The notes under the pieces: model-generated | The model's database searches: none | Seen by the model: the letters and a program-made list of their open reading frames with translations, nothing else | What the model was told of the DNA's origin: nothing | Made by a program: the position numbers and the translations under genes | Part shown: piece after piece, positions 9,678 through 19,292 of the stretch | Layout of the letters: each line of letters starts with the position of its first letter | Numbering within the stretch: the first letter of the stretch is position 1 | From: a virus | Taxonomy: Duplodnaviria > Caudoviricetes | IMG/VR virus record: IMGVR_UViG_3300035684_000073 | Span: 1-59,337 of that record | Strand: one strand, 5' to 3' | DNA length: 59,337 nucleotides

Positions 9678-12600
9678 ATGGGCGCGGCAGCCGAAGCGCT
9701 TCAGCCCGCCGCTCCGTCCACCCCGGCGCGCGCACCCGAGCCTGGCAGCAGCCGCCGCCGCGTTCAGGCCGCGCTCAAGGTTTCCAATCCGAACGATGCC
9801 GCCGAGCGGGAGGCGGAGGCGACTGCGCGCGCCGTGATGACGATGCGCAACCCGGCGATCAGCGCCCGCGCCCGCGTGCCCATGCTCGCCGCGCGGACGC
9901 CTGAATCGGCGCCGCCGCTGAAAGCGAATAAGGACGAGACTTCGCCCGAGACGACCGCGGCGATCAAGTCCCAGCTGGGCGGCGGGCGCCCGCTTCCGCC
10001 GGAGACGCGCGAATTCCTTGAGCCCCGCTTCCGCGCCAGTTTCGCGGGCGTGCGCATCCATACCGGCGGGAAGGCGGAAAATCTCGCGACCCGCCTGGGC
10101 GCCCGCGCCTTTACCTACGGACGCGACATCTTCTTCAATGCCGGCGCCTTCCAGCCCGGCTCGCCCGAGGGCATGGAGCTGATCGCGCATGAGCTGACCC
10201 ACACCATCCAGCAGCGCGAGGTCGTGCAGCGCGAGGTGCGGATCGTGCAGCAGAGCGGGCCGCAGGTGCAGCGCGGCATCGTCAGCGAGGCGCTCGACTG
10301 GATCGCGGACAAGGCCAACGTCATCCCGGGCTACCGGCTGCTGACGATCGTCATCGGCCGCAACCCGATCAACATGTCCAGGGTGGAGCGCAGCGGCGCG
10401 AACATCCTGCGCGCCCTCATCGAATTCATTCCCGGCGGCGGGCTGATCGTTCAGGCGCTCGAGAATCACGGCATCTTCGAGAAGGGCGGCAAGTTCATCG
10501 AGCAGCAGTTCGCGACGCTCGGCGATCTCGGCGGCGCGATGCGCACGGCGCTGATGGAGTTCATCGACTCGCTCGGCTGGCGCGACATCTTCCGGCTCGG
10601 CAGCCTGTGGGGCCGGGCCAAGCGGATCTTCACGGTGCCGGTCGACAAGGCGATCAGCTTCGGGAAAAACCTGGTCTCCGGCATCGCCCAGATCGTCAAG
10701 GATGCGATCGTCAAGCCGCTCGGCCGCTGGGCTGCCGCCAATATTCCGAAATGGGATCTGCTGGTCGGCGTGTTCGGCAAGAACCCGATCTCCGACGAAG
10801 GCCAGAGCCCCGCCTCCTCGCTGATCGGCGGCTTCATGGGGTTGATCGGCCAGAAGGAGATCTGGGACAATATCCAGAAGGGCAATGCCGTCGCGAGGGC
10901 ATGGGCCTGGTTCCAGGGCGCGATGAAGGGGGCGCTCGCGCTGGTCACATCGATCCCGGGCCGGGTGATGAGCACGATCCGGTCGCTGACGATCGTCGAC
11001 CTTGTCACTATCGCCGGCGCCTTCCGCAAGATCCTGGGCGCGTTCAGCAGCTTCGTCGGCGACTTCATGCGGTGGGCGGGCGGCACGGTGCTCAAGCTGC
11101 TCGAGATCATCCTGTCGGTCGTCGCTCCGACCGTGGTTCCCTATCTGAAGAAGGCCGGGGGCGCCTTCTCGTCGATCATCAGGAACCCTGTCGGCTTCGT
11201 CCGGACGCTGGTCCGCGCCGCGATCCAGGGCTTCCGCCAGTTCGCGAGGAATTTCCTCACCCACCTCAAGGCCGCACTGATCGGCTGGCTGGCAGGCGCG
11301 ATGGGCGGCGCCGGCATCTACCTCCCGAGGGGCTTCGGCCTGCTGGAGATCGTCAAGTTCGTCCTCTCGGTCATGGGTCTCACCTGGCCGAACGTCCGCT
11401 CGAAGCTCGTCGCCGCCACGAACGAAACTGTCGTGAAAGCGCTCGAGACCGGGTTCGACGTCGTCCGGACCCTGGTCACGGAAGGACCGGCGGCCGCCTG
11501 GCAGAAGATCGTCGAGACGCTCGCCAATCTCAAGCAGATGGCGATCGACGCGGTCATGGACTTCGTCAAATCCAAGGTCGTCGAGGCCGCCGTGACCAAG
11601 CTGCTGTCCATGCTCAGCCCGGCCGGTGCCTTCATCCAGGCGATCATCGCGATCTATAACACGATCATGTTCTTCGTCGAACGCATCCGCCAGATCGCGC
11701 AGGTGGCGACAGCGTTCATCGACGGGATCGCGGCGATCGCGGCCGGCAATGTCGCGCCGGCCGCGAGCAGGGTCGAGCAGACGATGGCCGGGCTGCTCAC
11801 CTTGGTCATCAGTTTCCTCGCCCGGATCGCCGGCCTCGGCAAGGTGAGCGATGCCGTGCTGGGACTGATCAAGAAGATCCGCGACCCGATCGACAAGGCG
11901 ATCGACAAGGTCGTGGCGTGGATCGTCGCCTCGGCCAAGAAGCTCGGCAGGATCCTGCTCGGCGAGGACCGAAAACCGGTGCCGCCGGCAGCGCGGGAGG
12001 TGCCGAGCGACGGCGAACTGGGCGAGACGGTGGCATTCAGTGCCGAAGACGGAGGCCACCGCCTCTGGGTGGAGAAAAAGGGCGAGAATGCGGAGCTGAT
12101 GCTGGCAAGCACGGTAAAGCCGCTGAGCAAACACCTCGCCGATTTCCGGAAGGACGCGAAGCAGCTCGACGATGAGCCCAAGGCCAAGGTGCTCGGAGCG
12201 ATCGCCACGGCCACGCCGATCACCAAGGGTATCGAAAGCATGACGAAGAAGGCGGCGGGCAAGAAGATCGGGGAGAAGGATCGCGATGCGCTCGACAAGA
12301 AGATCGAAGTGGAAGAGCGCAAGTTGCGGCCGCCGCTCAAAACCATCTTGGATACGCTCAACATGCGAGTTCCGGACCAGGCGACGCTGGTCAAGAAGAA
12401 GTTCACCCCGTCGCCCGGTCTGGCTGCGCACGCCGCCGAATATCTCCGACAGATCAAGCGGCAGGAAGTCGAGATCAACAAGATGACGGTTCACATGTGG
12501 ATCGAGCGGCGGCGCCAGTACGAGCAGTTCAAGAAGCAATCCGACGAGGGGAGTCTCGACGCGAAGGCGAGGCGCGACGCGCGCCAGAAGATGATCGAGA

Positions 12601-13034
12601 CGATCGCGGAGCGGCTGACCTACCCGTGGCACCCGGCTAATCCGCCGCCCGTCGCTGCGCGCGTCGCGCGAATGACGGGAGCGCAAGCCATCGTTGATTC
12701 CATCTTCAAGGCGTCGAAGGTTGGAAACCAGAAAGGCGGCCACTCATTGGGCAATGCGCTGGCGCTGGCAAAGGCGGGAATGAAGCAGCAGGCCGTCCTG
12801 CACGAGCCCGACAAGGTGGCCGGTGGCCGATACAGCAACATCAGCGATGTCGGCCTGGGTCTGGTCAACAGCGACATCGGCGCCAATTGGGGCGGCGCGA
12901 CGATCAAAGGTGTCGCCAAGCCCAATCGAATCGCCTGGGAGATCGAGCAAGAGGTGAAGGCCGAGATGAAGAAAAAGAAGATCAGCCAGGCCCTGTGGCG
13001 CAAGCCGAAGATGAACGTCGACCTGCATCTATAA
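9678..13034 (+). CDS. DUF4157 (eCIS core domain) polymorphic toxin with C-terminal Ntox15/Tde-like DNase
   Basis: GARAFTYGRDIFF..LIAHELTHTIQQ (DUF4157 HExxH); long helical middle; C-terminal EYLRQIKRQE..INKMTV and QAVLHEPDKVAGG..VNSDIGANW. Confidence 0.85.
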   Translation: MGAAAEALQPAAPSTPARAPEPGSSRRRVQAALKVSNPNDAAEREAEATARAVMTMRNPAISARARVPMLAARTPESAPPLKANKDETSPETTAAIKSQLGGGRPLPPETREFLEPRFRASFAGVRIHTGGKAENLATRLGARAFTYGRDIFFNAGAFQPGSPEGMELIAHELTHTIQQREVVQREVRIVQQSGPQVQRGIVSEALDWIADKANVIPGYRLLTIVIGRNPINMSRVERSGANILRALIEFIPGGGLIVQALENHGIFEKGGKFIEQQFATLGDLGGAMRTALMEFIDSLGWRDIFRLGSLWGRAKRIFTVPVDKAISFGKNLVSGIAQIVKDAIVKPLGRWAAANIPKWDLLVGVFGKNPISDEGQSPASSLIGGFMGLIGQKEIWDNIQKGNAVARAWAWFQGAMKGALALVTSIPGRVMSTIRSLTIVDLVTIAGAFRKILGAFSSFVGDFMRWAGGTVLKLLEIILSVVAPTVVPYLKKAGGAFSSIIRNPVGFVRTLVRAAIQGFRQFARNFLTHLKAALIGWLAGAMGGAGIYLPRGFGLLEIVKFVLSVMGLTWPNVRSKLVAATNETVVKALETGFDVVRTLVTEGPAAAWQKIVETLANLKQMAIDAVMDFVKSKVVEAAVTKLLSMLSPAGAFIQAIIAIYNTIMFFVERIRQIAQVATAFIDGIAAIAAGNVAPAASRVEQTMAGLLTLVISFLARIAGLGKVSDAVLGLIKKIRDPIDKAIDKVVAWIVASAKKLGRILLGEDRKPVPPAAREVPSDGELGETVAFSAEDGGHRLWVEKKGENAELMLASTVKPLSKHLADFRKDAKQLDDEPKAKVLGAIATATPITKGIESMTKKAAGKKIGEKDRDALDKKIEVEERKLRPPLKTILDTLNMRVPDQATLVKKKFTPSPGLAAHAAEYLRQIKRQEVEINKMTVHMWIERRRQYEQFKKQSDEGSLDAKARRDARQKMIETIAERLTYPWHPANPPPVAARVARMTGAQAIVDSIFKASKVGNQKGGHSLGNALALAKAGMKQQAVLHEPDKVAGGRYSNISDVGLGLVNSDIGANWGGATIKGVAKPNRIAWEIEQEVKAEMKKKKISQALWRKPKMNVDLHL

Positions 13035-13046
13035 GCGAGACCTCCG

Positions 13047-13631
13047 ATGCCGATCACCCAAGGCCAGGCACTGAAGCAGTTCAAGAAGCAGTATCGCGCC
13101 GACCCGCCTTACAAGAAGTTCACCGAGGAGGACCGGGCGAGGCTCGGCGCGCGCGTCCCCGACATCTTTATCGAGCTTGCAAGCAAGCATGGCTGGTGCT
13201 CGTTCAATCGGCAGCTTCTCTGGCTGTGCGATCCCGACGATTGGAAAGGCGTGGCGAAACCATGGCTGCCGAGCGGCAGCGGCAACCTTCTCGCGCGGAC
13301 GGCTTTTGGAGACATGGTCGTGTCCGCCGGCAAGAAAATCTGGCTGATCCTGCCCCACAGCGCCACGCGTATCCGCCTGAGCGACGATCCCAATTGGGTC
13401 GTTGGGGTCACCCTCGGCGATGCCGGATATGAGGAACTCGCCGAGCTTCCGGAACTGGTCGAGGCGGCGCGCGCGAAGGTCGGCGAACTCGATCGGCAGC
13501 AGATGTACAATTACGCCCCGGCGCTGGCGCTGGGGGGATCGGGGGAGACCTCCGAAGTCGCCAAGGACGACATGAAGGTGGCGCTCAACATCATCCGGCA
13601 GCTCGCGCCGGTCACGGCGCTGGATGACTAG
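13047..13631 (+). CDS. Tdi-like immunity protein (GAD-like + DUF1851)
   Basis: LWLCDPDDW, ARTAFGD, Y.YAPALALGG motifs; directly after the toxin. Confidence 0.85.
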   Translation: MPITQGQALKQFKKQYRADPPYKKFTEEDRARLGARVPDIFIELASKHGWCSFNRQLLWLCDPDDWKGVAKPWLPSGSGNLLARTAFGDMVVSAGKKIWLILPHSATRIRLSDDPNWVVGVTLGDAGYEELAELPELVEAARAKVGELDRQQMYNYAPALALGGSGETSEVAKDDMKVALNIIRQLAPVTALDD

Positions 13632-15795
13632 CGCGCTGGCTCCGCGCGTGTCCGCCATCATGCCGACGGCGGATCGCCGCCGTTTCGTGCCGGCCGCGGT
13701 CGCGCAGTTTCTCGCGCAGGGCCGCGAGGATGCCGAGCTCGTCATCCTCGACGACGGATCCGACAAGGTCGCGGACCTGATCCCGAGCGATGCCCGCATT
13801 CGCTACTTTCGGGAGGAGGGGCGGCGGGTGCTCGGCGACAAGCGCAACCGGCTCTGCGAGCTGGCCCGGGGGCAGATCATCATACACTGGGACGACGACG
13901 ATTGGCACGCTCCCGACCGGATCGAGCGGCAGCTCGCGGCGCTGGATGCAAGCGGTGCCGACCTCGTCGGGCTGGAGCGGATCGCCTTCCTTGCCGACGA
14001 TGGCGGGCGCGCCTGGGACTATCGCTGGGGCGGGCGAGGGCGCTGGGTCTATGGCGCGACCATGGCCTATCGCCGCGCGCTGTGGGAGCGACGGCGCTTC
14101 GCCAGCATTCGCGCGGGCGAAGATACCCGCTTCGTGCTCGACGCGCGCGGCGCGCGGATCCAGGCCATGGCCGATACGGACTGGATGGTCGCCCGGGTGC
14201 ACGGCGGCAATACCAGCCCGAAGCGGACGCGGGGCGGCTACTGGAGCGAGCGTCCTTCCGGGCCCCTGCTCGAACGGATCGCGACATGGTCGGGCCACGG
14301 CGCGCCGATCGCCGCGCCGCGCCCGCTCGCCAACGTTTATGCGCTGCTCGCGCACGAGCGGCCCGAATGCGTGGTCGATCTGGTGCGCAACCTGCGCTGG
14401 CACGATCGGGTCTCGCCGATTCTTCTCTATGACGGCAGCGCGAGCGGCGGCCTGGTCGACCCGCGCCTCCCCTGGGCTCGCTGGGGCGTGGAGGTCGTGC
14501 CCGGCTCCCGGCCGATGCGCTGGGGCGCGCTGCACGACTTCGCGCTCGACTGCATCGCACATCTGGGGGATCGCACGCACGATTGCCTGACGATCGTCGA
14601 TTCCGATCAGATGATGCTCCGCAAGGACTATCCGCTCCGGCTGGCGATGGAGGGCGGCGTGCCGGGCCTGCTGTCGAGCGATCCGCGGCCGCAGGGGCGC
14701 GGCACGCGCATCCCGCCCGCCGCAACCGCGCAGGCCGAGCGGCCGCTCTGGCAGCCGTTTCTCGACCGGTTCGAGGGCGGAGATGCGGCGTTCGTGCACT
14801 GGACCTTCTGGCCCGCGACGGTGATCGGCGCCGAGTGCGGCCGCGCCGTCGCCGAGCTGTTCAAGGATGCGCAGTTGCAGGCCATCCTCGCGGCATCGCG
14901 GCTCTGGGCAACCGAGGAGATCCTGTTCCCGACGCTCGCCAAGCTGCTCGGCTTTCCGGTGCAGCAAAACCCCTGCCGCGGTGACTGGACGCAATATCGC
15001 CGACGCTGGAGCTCGCGCGACATCGACGCGGCGCGAAGCGATCCGAGCGCCTTCTGGATGCATCCGGTGCCGCGCGCGCTCGACGATCCGCTGCGGCGCC
15101 ATTTGCGGGAGAGGAGCGATCACTACCGGCTTGCCGCCGCGGCGCCGCGACCGGAGCCGAAGGCGGACGAGGCCGTGCTGGCCGAGATGCGGGCGATCCC
15201 CGGCTGGCTCAGCGACGCCGAGGCGATGGCGCTGCTCGTGGCCGCGCGCGGGGCGCTGGCGCGCGAGGGCGCGGCGGGACATCTGGTGGAGATTGGCAGC
15301 CATTGCGGCAAGGCGACCTTGCTGCTCGGCCGCGCCGCGGAGGCCGCCCCGATCGAAGCTCGGGTCAGCGCCATCGACCGGTTCAACGGCGTCACCGGCA
15401 GCCGCGAGGACAAGCTGACGCGCGAGCCGGTGACGCGCGGGCGCTTCGACGGGATGCTGGCCGCGTCCGGGCTCTCGCCCTGGGTGTCGGCCCGCACCGG
15501 CGAAGCCGGCGATCTCGCGACCGGCGAGCCCGTCGACCTCCTGCTCGTCGACGGGCTGCACGATTACCCCGCGGTCGCGGCGGACTTCGCGGCCTTCGAG
15601 CCGGCGCTGACCGGGGCTGCGCGCGTCGCATTTCATGATTATGCCGACTATTTTCCGGGCGTGGTCGCCTTCGTCGACGAGCTCGTCGACGAAGGCGAGT
15701 GGGAAGTGGAAACGGTGGTCGAGAGCCTCTGCATCCTTCGGCGCACCGCGGCGGCGGCGCAGGAGGCGCGGCGGCTGGCGGCGGCGCAGGCATGA
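13624..15795 (+). CDS. Glycosyltransferase family 2 / unknown middle domain / class I SAM methyltransferase fusion
   Basis: VSAIMPT, ELVILDDG, WDDDDW (GT-A); C-terminal VEIGSHCGKAT, VDGLHDY, FHDY (Methyltransf_24-like). Confidence 0.85.
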   Translation: MTSALAPRVSAIMPTADRRRFVPAAVAQFLAQGREDAELVILDDGSDKVADLIPSDARIRYFREEGRRVLGDKRNRLCELARGQIIIHWDDDDWHAPDRIERQLAALDASGADLVGLERIAFLADDGGRAWDYRWGGRGRWVYGATMAYRRALWERRRFASIRAGEDTRFVLDARGARIQAMADTDWMVARVHGGNTSPKRTRGGYWSERPSGPLLERIATWSGHGAPIAAPRPLANVYALLAHERPECVVDLVRNLRWHDRVSPILLYDGSASGGLVDPRLPWARWGVEVVPGSRPMRWGALHDFALDCIAHLGDRTHDCLTIVDSDQMMLRKDYPLRLAMEGGVPGLLSSDPRPQGRGTRIPPAATAQAERPLWQPFLDRFEGGDAAFVHWTFWPATVIGAECGRAVAELFKDAQLQAILAASRLWATEEILFPTLAKLLGFPVQQNPCRGDWTQYRRRWSSRDIDAARSDPSAFWMHPVPRALDDPLRRHLRERSDHYRLAAAAPRPEPKADEAVLAEMRAIPGWLSDAEAMALLVAARGALAREGAAGHLVEIGSHCGKATLLLGRAAEAAPIEARVSAIDRFNGVTGSREDKLTREPVTRGRFDGMLAASGLSPWVSARTGEAGDLATGEPVDLLLVDGLHDYPAVAADFAAFEPALTGAARVAFHDYADYFPGVVAFVDELVDEGEWEVETVVESLCILRRTAAAAQEARRLAAAQA

Positions 15796-16397
15796 CCGCG
15801 CAGGCGCTGCTGAGGCCGCTCGAGATCCTCGCCACGATGCGCCGCATTCCGGGATGGCTGGAGGACGAGGAGGCGGAGCTGCTGATCGCCGGTGCCGCCC
15901 GTGCAACGCGCGGGGAAGGCGCGCGCACCCTGGTCGAGATCGGCAGCTATCAGGGTCGCTCGACCGTCGTGCTCGGCGCGGTGCTGCGCGCCCTCTCGCC
16001 GCACTCGCGGCTTTATGCGATCGATCCGCACGATGGCGTGGTCGGCGCGGCCGACGCGCGCCTCAACCGGGGCTCGCCGACCTTCGATGCGTTCCTCGCG
16101 AACATCGAGGCCGCCGGCGTGCGCGAGCTGGTCGAGCCGGTGCGACGGCTCTCCTACGAGACCGAGCTCGACCGCCCGGTCGAGCTGCTGTTCGTCGACG
16201 GGCTCCACGACCGGCTGAACGTCGAGCGCGATTTCCGCCACTTCGAGCCCCTGCTCGAGCCGGAGGCAGTCGTGCTGTTCCACGATTATGCCGAATATTA
16301 TCCCGGCGTCGTCGAGTTCGTAGACCTGCTCGTGGCGGAGGGAGGATGGCACCCCGCCGCGCAGGCCGGCTCGATGATGATGCTCGAACGCGGCTGA
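15792..16397 (+). CDS. Class I SAM-dependent methyltransferase (Methyltransf_24-like)
   Basis: IPGWL, VEIGSYQGRST, FVDGLHD, FHDY..YYPGV; ATGA overlap; paralogous to the C-terminal domain of the upstream gene. Confidence 0.85.
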   Translation: MTAQALLRPLEILATMRRIPGWLEDEEAELLIAGAARATRGEGARTLVEIGSYQGRSTVVLGAVLRALSPHSRLYAIDPHDGVVGAADARLNRGSPTFDAFLANIEAAGVRELVEPVRRLSYETELDRPVELLFVDGLHDRLNVERDFRHFEPLLEPEAVVLFHDYAEYYPGVVEFVDLLVAEGGWHPAAQAGSMMMLERG

Positions 16398-16502
16398 GCT
16401 TCCGGTCCGGCCGCGCGCCGGTCCGCACGTCATGTCGCCCGCGAATAGGCCCAGCAGCCAAAGGCATTCGCGGTCCGGCTCCGGTGCTGCTATTCCCGGC
16501 CG

Positions 16503-17540
16503 ATGCACAGCAGACGAGCCGCCGTTCAGAGCTTCGCCGCATTGGCCGCAGGATTGGCGCTTCCGCTCGGCGGGGCCGCCGCGCAGCCGCTCGGGCGCAG
16601 GCCGCCGCGGCTGCGGCCGGGCGACACGGTCGGCCTGATCGAGCCCGCCGGCTTCACCGCCGACCAGTTCGATCTCGACCTCGTCAAGGAGTCGATCTCG
16701 GCGATGGGCCTGGTGCCCAGGCCGGCGCCGCATCTGATGGCGCGATACGGCTATCTTGCGGGCAAGGACCGGGAGCGGGCCGCCGATGTCAACGCGATGT
16801 ATGCCGACAGCAGCGTGCGCGCGGTGTTCGCGGTGCGCGGCGGCTGGGGGTCGGCCCGGATCCTGCCCTATCTCGACTATCGCCTGATCCGCGCCAATCC
16901 GAAGCTGCTGATCGGCTTCAGCGACATCACGGCCCTGCACATGGCCTTTGCCGCTCGTGCCGGGTTCACGACCATCCACGGGCCCAACGCCGCCAGCTCC
17001 TGGGGGGAGCTGTCCTGGAACTCGCTGCGCAGCATCGCCTTCGCCGGCGAGACGCCGCTCTACGCCAGCCCCGCGGGGACGGAGGACCGCCTGGTCCAGC
17101 GGGTCGGGCGGACCCGCACCTTCCGGCCGGGCAGGGCGACGGGGCGGCTGCTGGGCGGAAATCTCACGGTCCTCACCGCGCTGATGGGAACGCCCTATCT
17201 GCCGGACTTCAGCGGCGCGATCCTGTTCATCGAGGATATCGACGAGGCCGAATACCGGATCGACCGGATGCTGACCCAGCTGGCGCTCGGCGGCGTGCTC
17301 GGGCGGGTGGCGGGCGTCGTGTTCGGCCAGTGCACCGACTGCCGCGCGCGGGGGCCCTCGACCGGCGGCTTCACCCTGTCGGAGGTGCTCCAGCAGCATC
17401 TGGAGCCGCTCGGCGTGCCTGCCTTCCAGGGCGCGCTGATCGGCCATGTCCCCAACCAGTTCAGCCTGCCGGTGGGGATCCGGGCCGAGATCGACGCGGC
17501 GGCGGGCACGATCCGGATCCTGGAACCCGCCGTGGTCTAG
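16503..17540 (+). CDS. LD-carboxypeptidase, peptidase S66 family, probable Tat signal
   Basis: RGGWGSARIL, GFSDITAL, HGP, GGNL, FIEDI.E, IGH motifs; N-terminal SRR plus hydrophobic stretch. Confidence 0.92.
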   Translation: MHSRRAAVQSFAALAAGLALPLGGAAAQPLGRRPPRLRPGDTVGLIEPAGFTADQFDLDLVKESISAMGLVPRPAPHLMARYGYLAGKDRERAADVNAMYADSSVRAVFAVRGGWGSARILPYLDYRLIRANPKLLIGFSDITALHMAFAARAGFTTIHGPNAASSWGELSWNSLRSIAFAGETPLYASPAGTEDRLVQRVGRTRTFRPGRATGRLLGGNLTVLTALMGTPYLPDFSGAILFIEDIDEAEYRIDRMLTQLALGGVLGRVAGVVFGQCTDCRARGPSTGGFTLSEVLQQHLEPLGVPAFQGALIGHVPNQFSLPVGIRAEIDAAAGTIRILEPAVV

Positions 17541-17599
17541 CGGAGCGGGTCCGTCCGGGCTTGTCTCGGCGGGTGGTTTCGGGCTAATCGCCAGCCCAT

Positions 17600-17673
17600 G
17601 CGGGCGTAGCATAGTGGTAATGCTCTAGCCTTCCAAGCTAGCTAGGAGGGTTCGATTCCCTTCGCCCGCTCCA
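17600..17673 (+). tRNA. tRNA-Gly (anticodon TCC), CCA encoded
   Basis: Acceptor GCGGGCG/CGCCCGC, D arm GCAT/ATGC, anticodon stem CTAGC/GCTAG with loop CTTCCAA, T loop TTCGATT, 3' TCCA. Confidence 0.97.
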
Positions 17674-19271
17674 CCGTTAACACGCATCGAGGCCGGCACT
17701 TCGGTGCCGGTCGCGAGCGCGATGATGGTCGCGAGGCGGCCTGTCAGCTCGATATGAAAACCGCGGCGTCCGCCGAGCGAAGTCAAGGTCACGCGGTCGA
17801 TCAGGCTCCGTACGATCGGCAAAGCCGTGTGGCGCGCCTCTTCTCCGTCGGACAGCGCCGCGGCCAGGCTCTCGACCTGGCGGCGATATTCGGTGGCGAT
17901 GCCGGGATGCAGGTCGATGACGCCCTGTGCCAGTTCGTCGATCCGCCGGAGCCGCTCGGCAAGCTCGTCGCGCTCCGCTTTGGCGGAGCCGAGCGCCGCG
18001 GCGATCTCCTCGATCCCGGAGAGACGCGGATCCGAGATCGCCGCGACCAGGCGCTGCACCTTGGCCGAGGCGTCGGCGTGGCGGCGCACCAGGCCGACAC
18101 GGTCGCGCCGGGCGGCCGCCGATCGACGGGCGAAGTCGTGATGAAATTCGCGAACGAAAGCGGCGACGAGATCGGGATCGAGCATCTGCTGCTGCAGCCC
18201 ATCGAGTACGCGCGCTTCGAGCCGGTGGGCCTTGATCCGGCCCTTGCTGCTGCAGCCGGCGCCTGCGGCCGCGCGGCCGCAGCCCCATTGGTTGCGCCCG
18301 CGCACGACCACGCGCCCGCCGCAGGCGCCGCAGAAGATCAGCCCCGAAAGGAGGTGCTTCGGCCGGCGGGCGCGCTCTGGCCGAGCGTGCGAAAGATCCT
18401 CGCGGCGCGCCTGCACGCGTTCCCATAGGTCGGCGGGCACGATCCTCAGTTCGGGCACCGGGTGCACAATCCACCCTTCCTCGGAATTGGGGCGGATCCG
18501 AGTCGCGCGCGTAAACGGGTCCGCGCGCTTGCTGGTACGGCCGTGCACCAGCTCGCCGGCATAGAGGCGGTTTCGAAGCAGGCCGTTCTGGCGCTTGCGG
18601 TCGCCGAGGATGGTCGATCGCGTCCATGCCCGCCCGCGCGGTCCGGGAATGTTGTCGGCGTTCAACCCTTCGGCGATGGCGCGGGGGCTTATGTCGCGGT
18701 CATATTCCTCGAATATGCGGCGCACGATCGTGGCCTGGTCAGGATCGATCTCGCGCAGCCCGCGCACAGGATCTCCGCGATCGTCGATGCGGTTGGCGCG
18801 CCGATAGCCATAAGCGAGGCCGCCCGGCGATCGGCCGACAGCGACGGCGCCGCGCTGGCCGCGCTTTACGCGCTCGGCGAGATCCTTGCGAAAGCGGGCG
18901 TCGAAGAGCCCTTTGATCGTGCCCGTGATATCATCGACAACGCCGTCGAGCAGGGTGAAGAGCCTGGCGCCGGCATAATCGAGGCGTTCGCGGATTGCGA
19001 ATGCGTCGCCCTGGTGGCGGGCGACGCGATCGGTGCTTTCGGCGAGCAGCTGGTCGGCTTGTCCGGCCTCGATCATTGCGAGCGCCTGCGCCAGCTGCGG
19101 CCTGGCCGCCTCATCTATGCCGGCGGCCCCGCTGATGGCATCGTCGGCAAAGACCCCGATGATCGGCCAGCCTTCGCGCGCCGCGCGAGCGCGGCAGTCG
19201 GCGATCTGGTCGGCAGTCGATCGCTTATTCTGAAGCTGGCTGCTGTATCGCGCGTAAATCACCGTTCGCAT
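17625..19271 (-). CDS. int: Large serine recombinase (prophage integrase)
   Basis: IYARYSS catalytic Ser, DRVAR, recombinase domain (LLRNRLYAG, LRIVPADLW), Zn ribbon LLSGLIFCGACG, coiled coil. Confidence 0.95.
   Translation of the reverse strand: MRTVIYARYSSQLQNKRSTADQIADCRARAAREGWPIIGVFADDAISGAAGIDEAARPQLAQALAMIEAGQADQLLAESTDRVARHQGDAFAIRERLDYAGARLFTLLDGVVDDITGTIKGLFDARFRKDLAERVKRGQRGAVAVGRSPGGLAYGYRRANRIDDRGDPVRGLREIDPDQATIVRRIFEEYDRDISPRAIAEGLNADNIPGPRGRAWTRSTILGDRKRQNGLLRNRLYAGELVHGRTSKRADPFTRATRIRPNSEEGWIVHPVPELRIVPADLWERVQARREDLSHARPERARRPKHLLSGLIFCGACGGRVVVRGRNQWGCGRAAAGAGCSSKGRIKAHRLEARVLDGLQQQMLDPDLVAAFVREFHHDFARRSAAARRDRVGLVRRHADASAKVQRLVAAISDPRLSGIEEIAAALGSAKAERDELAERLRRIDELAQGVIDLHPGIATEYRRQVESLAAALSDGEEARHTALPIVRSLIDRVTLTSLGGRRGFHIELTGRLATIIALATGTEVPASMRVNGGAGEGNRTLLASLEG
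17691..17712 (+). terminator. C(UUCG)G hairpin just 3' of the tRNA, inside int coding sequence
   Basis: GGCCGGCAC-TTCG-GTGCCGGTC; no U tract. Confidence 0.4.
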
Positions 19272-19292
19272 TCGCGTCTCCTGAGCGACCGA

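Larger units (their letters stand above)
1..16397 (+). other. Distal part of eCIS (Afp/PVC-like contractile injection system) locus with toxin-immunity pair and modification enzymes
   Basis: Co-oriented, tightly packed tail P2_I-like gene, fibre-like genes, CIS tape-measure-like gene, Afp15-like AAA ATPase and DUF4157 protein; sheath/tube/baseplate genes presumably upstream of the window. Confidence 0.8.

Noticed and set aside
7484-17612. Long minus-strand ORFs (718, 1133, 764, 654 aa)
   Set aside because: Shadows typical of high-GC coding DNA; they show open antisense frames are common here, so only doubly coupled bridges were reported
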